DNA of 64,000 bases from Haliotis rufescens (taxonomy: Eukaryota). This document shows positions 62,601 through 64,000 of this stretch, piece after piece (within the stretch, counting starts at the first letter, position 1; every line of letters begins with the position of its first letter). The DNA lies in contig NW_025963890.1 in the NCBI RefSeq assembly GCF_023055435.1, positions 13,206,001 to 13,270,000 of the forward strand. The letters are read 5' to 3'. A program made the position numbers and the translations under genes. The notes beneath the pieces are model-generated. The model had not been told where the DNA came from and did not search any database. It saw nothing but the letters and a program-made list of their open reading frames with translations.

Positions 62601-64000
62601 TACAGAAGGTTCAGCACCGAAGTAGCTCACAGAATGACAACTTCACTCACCACTATCATGAAGGGAAGCTTAGAGGGAAAGAATGCCAAGCTCATTATGA
62701 CTGGAGAGAACCGATGCACTGACCAGAAAAGGGACATTGAGGGTACTGTGACTTTTAAGTCCAACTTCAAGGGAATGCGAGCTGTTAATCTCCGTCTTTC
62801 TCACAATGATGATTTAAGAAAGTTTGTGAGTGACATTGCACTGGATGTCAATGGTGATCAATACATCTATGACTTGGATATGAACCACGCAAGATCTGGA
62901 TGGCAGTTCCAAAACACTGGCAAGCTCACACTCTCTTCTCCAAGCTACCAATTCACCAACAACTGGCAACACAGAAATACTCACAATGATGTGAAGAGTA
63001 CAATGACAACAGAATGGGGCAGAGACAAACGTATATTTGTCAACATATTTGGAAACCATGCTTCAGCCACCAGAACAAAGGCCTTAGGAGGAGTGACAAT
63101 TGAAACACCATGGGAACCAATCCGCAATATTGACATCAACCTTGACCATGAACATGGAAGAGGTTTTATCCGACACTCGTCTAACATGAAGCAGGGAGAG
63201 AATATGATTGGATCAGCGGGTATCAACTACATTAGATCCAATGGGCAAACAGAGTCTGATTTTACACTGGCATCACCCATGACCAACCTTAAAGGGAAGA
63301 TAAATGCTCGCTATGTAACTTATCCACTCTCGGGTCATGCTGAATTAGAATGGTCTCCATATAACAAATTATCGCTCGATGGTTCCTTTGCTGCTCCATC
63401 TACCCAGGATATTGAAACAAGTCTGAGGATGACAAGTCCTTTTGAAAACTTCAGAGATATTGTCGTGAAGGCATCCCACAAGAAGGAAGGCTCTGATTTG
63501 ATATCCAGAGGAAGCTTCAGCTATGACATAAGAAAGTCCTTTGAGTTTGAAGCACACATCACACCTGATAGTCTCAACAATTACCGGGCAACACTGAAGA
63601 CTCCATTTGATGACTACAAATCTTTGGAAGCAGGACTTTCATTCAATGGTGACCATAGAAACTTCATGAGCAAAGCTAACTTTGCTATCACCCCAGTCCT
63701 GGGCAACTTTGCTGGAGTCTTAAACTGGAACCTAGATGATATGAATGGAAAAATGAGGATAGATACTCCCTTCCACGAGTATCAGTACTTGCAGGTGTTT
63801 GCCAGCAGTGAGAATACAAGCAAGGGAAGACGTTCACACATTGAAACTGAATACTACCCAAGGAAAACTATTAGCCTCGATGCTGTCTATGCCATTGGAA
63901 CCCCCATTATTATTGACGTCACCATCAAGACTCCATTTGAAAGAATGGAACACATGAGTGCATCCCTGAAGCATGCACTGAGAAGACGTTCATTACAAAC
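53632..64000 (+). CDS. Large lipid transfer protein, apolipophorin/apolipoprotein B-like (vitellogenin-N/LLT domain superfamily); 3' end beyond the window
   Basis: Signal peptide MYSTTAFTLLALLASALA; LLT motifs NIKRGLL, ESDVTGEC, LRALGNAG, ELRIAAYL, NQVGAFVWSHL, KYSRNYE, SFIPRS, PTSSGLPL; 18 phase-consistent exons. Confidence 0.93.
54008..54241 (-). mobile_element. SINE-like family B copy (LLTP intron 1)
   Basis: Homology to family B. Confidence 0.85.
54948..55004 (+). CDS. LLTP exon 2
   Basis: GPITYQSRDETTSCARRCR; phase 1->1. Confidence 0.8.
55140..55300 (+). CDS. LLTP exon 3
   Basis: KFNYLPGTTYEFDY. Confidence 0.92.
55419..55667 (+). CDS. LLTP exon 4
   Basis: PLRFSFQDG..WALNIKRGLL. Confidence 0.93.
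55776..56127 (+). CDS. LLTP exon 5
   Basis: SDVTGECNTNY..ETHTFRPFS. Confidence 0.93.
56266..56521 (+). CDS. LLTP exon 6
   Basis: VFEH..PRLFSELV. Confidence 0.9.
56658..56823 (+). CDS. LLTP exon 7
   Basis: KFFLDTIP..PTLEML. Confidence 0.9.
56919..57248 (+). CDS. LLTP exon 8
   Basis: LRALGNAG..EVRVAAIQAYRRLPC. Confidence 0.93.
57361..57882 (+). CDS. LLTP exon 9
   Basis: ELRIAAYL, NQVGAFVWSHL, SFIPRS. Confidence 0.93.
58006..58349 (+). CDS. LLTP exon 10
   Basis: GDLYMRIFGNE..PTSSGLPL. Confidence 0.9.
58456..58638 (+). CDS. LLTP exon 11
   Basis: GAIKIVGTMSMDA.. Confidence 0.9.
59172..59433 (+). CDS. LLTP exon 12
   Basis: TGLELC..APYFPFTGP. Confidence 0.9.
59623..59770 (+). CDS. LLTP exon 13
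   Basis: NTPGSRTDR..SPWKK. Confidence 0.88.
59879..60136 (+). CDS. LLTP exon 14
   Basis: Phase 1->1, open. Confidence 0.88.
60250..60522 (+). CDS. LLTP exon 15
   Basis: Phase 1->1, open. Confidence 0.88.
60843..61083 (+). CDS. LLTP exon 16
   Basis: Phase 1->2, open. Confidence 0.88.
61213..61426 (+). CDS. LLTP exon 17
   Basis: Phase 2->0, open. Confidence 0.88.
61584..64000 (+). CDS. LLTP exon 18, giant exon (>2.4 kb) continuing past the window end
   Basis: TTTCAG acceptor; frame DVKLSLKGKH.. appears open to the end (absent from the ORF track, consistent with no stop before the edge); recurrent (T/S)P(F/W) motifs. Confidence 0.88.

Noticed and set aside
53632-64000. Calling the gene vitellogenin or assigning a gene symbol
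   Set aside because: No polyserine tract, and the motifs and giant beta-repeat exon fit the apolipophorin/apoB-like branch better; phylogeny is needed.

Overview
Eukaryotic (invertebrate) genomic DNA. The SINE landscape and genes suggest a mollusc, possibly a gastropod such as abalone (inference, not verified). Two divergently transcribed multi-exon genes were reconstructed by hand with consistent splice phases. (1) MYSM1, a Myb/SANT-SWIRM-MPN/JAMM histone H2A deubiquitinase: minus strand, 16 coding exons, 41028->18118, about 1012 aa, including one U12-type intron. (2) A secreted large lipid transfer protein (apolipophorin/apoB-like): plus strand, starts at 53632 and runs off the window end, at least 18 exons and over 2100 aa. 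The rest is repeat-rich: a decayed, integrase-less Ty3/Gypsy element (1.6-4.7 kb), a DIRS-type ORF1 relic, CR1-like and Penelope-like fragments, at least four SINE/SINE-like families (many with clear TSDs), several MITE families, minisatellites and an assembly gap. The most unusual structures are an ~800 bp spacerless foldback palindrome built from 21-bp palindromic units just upstream of MYSM1, and a tandem array of splice-competent 64-nt copies of the end of a MYSM1 MPN-domain exon.
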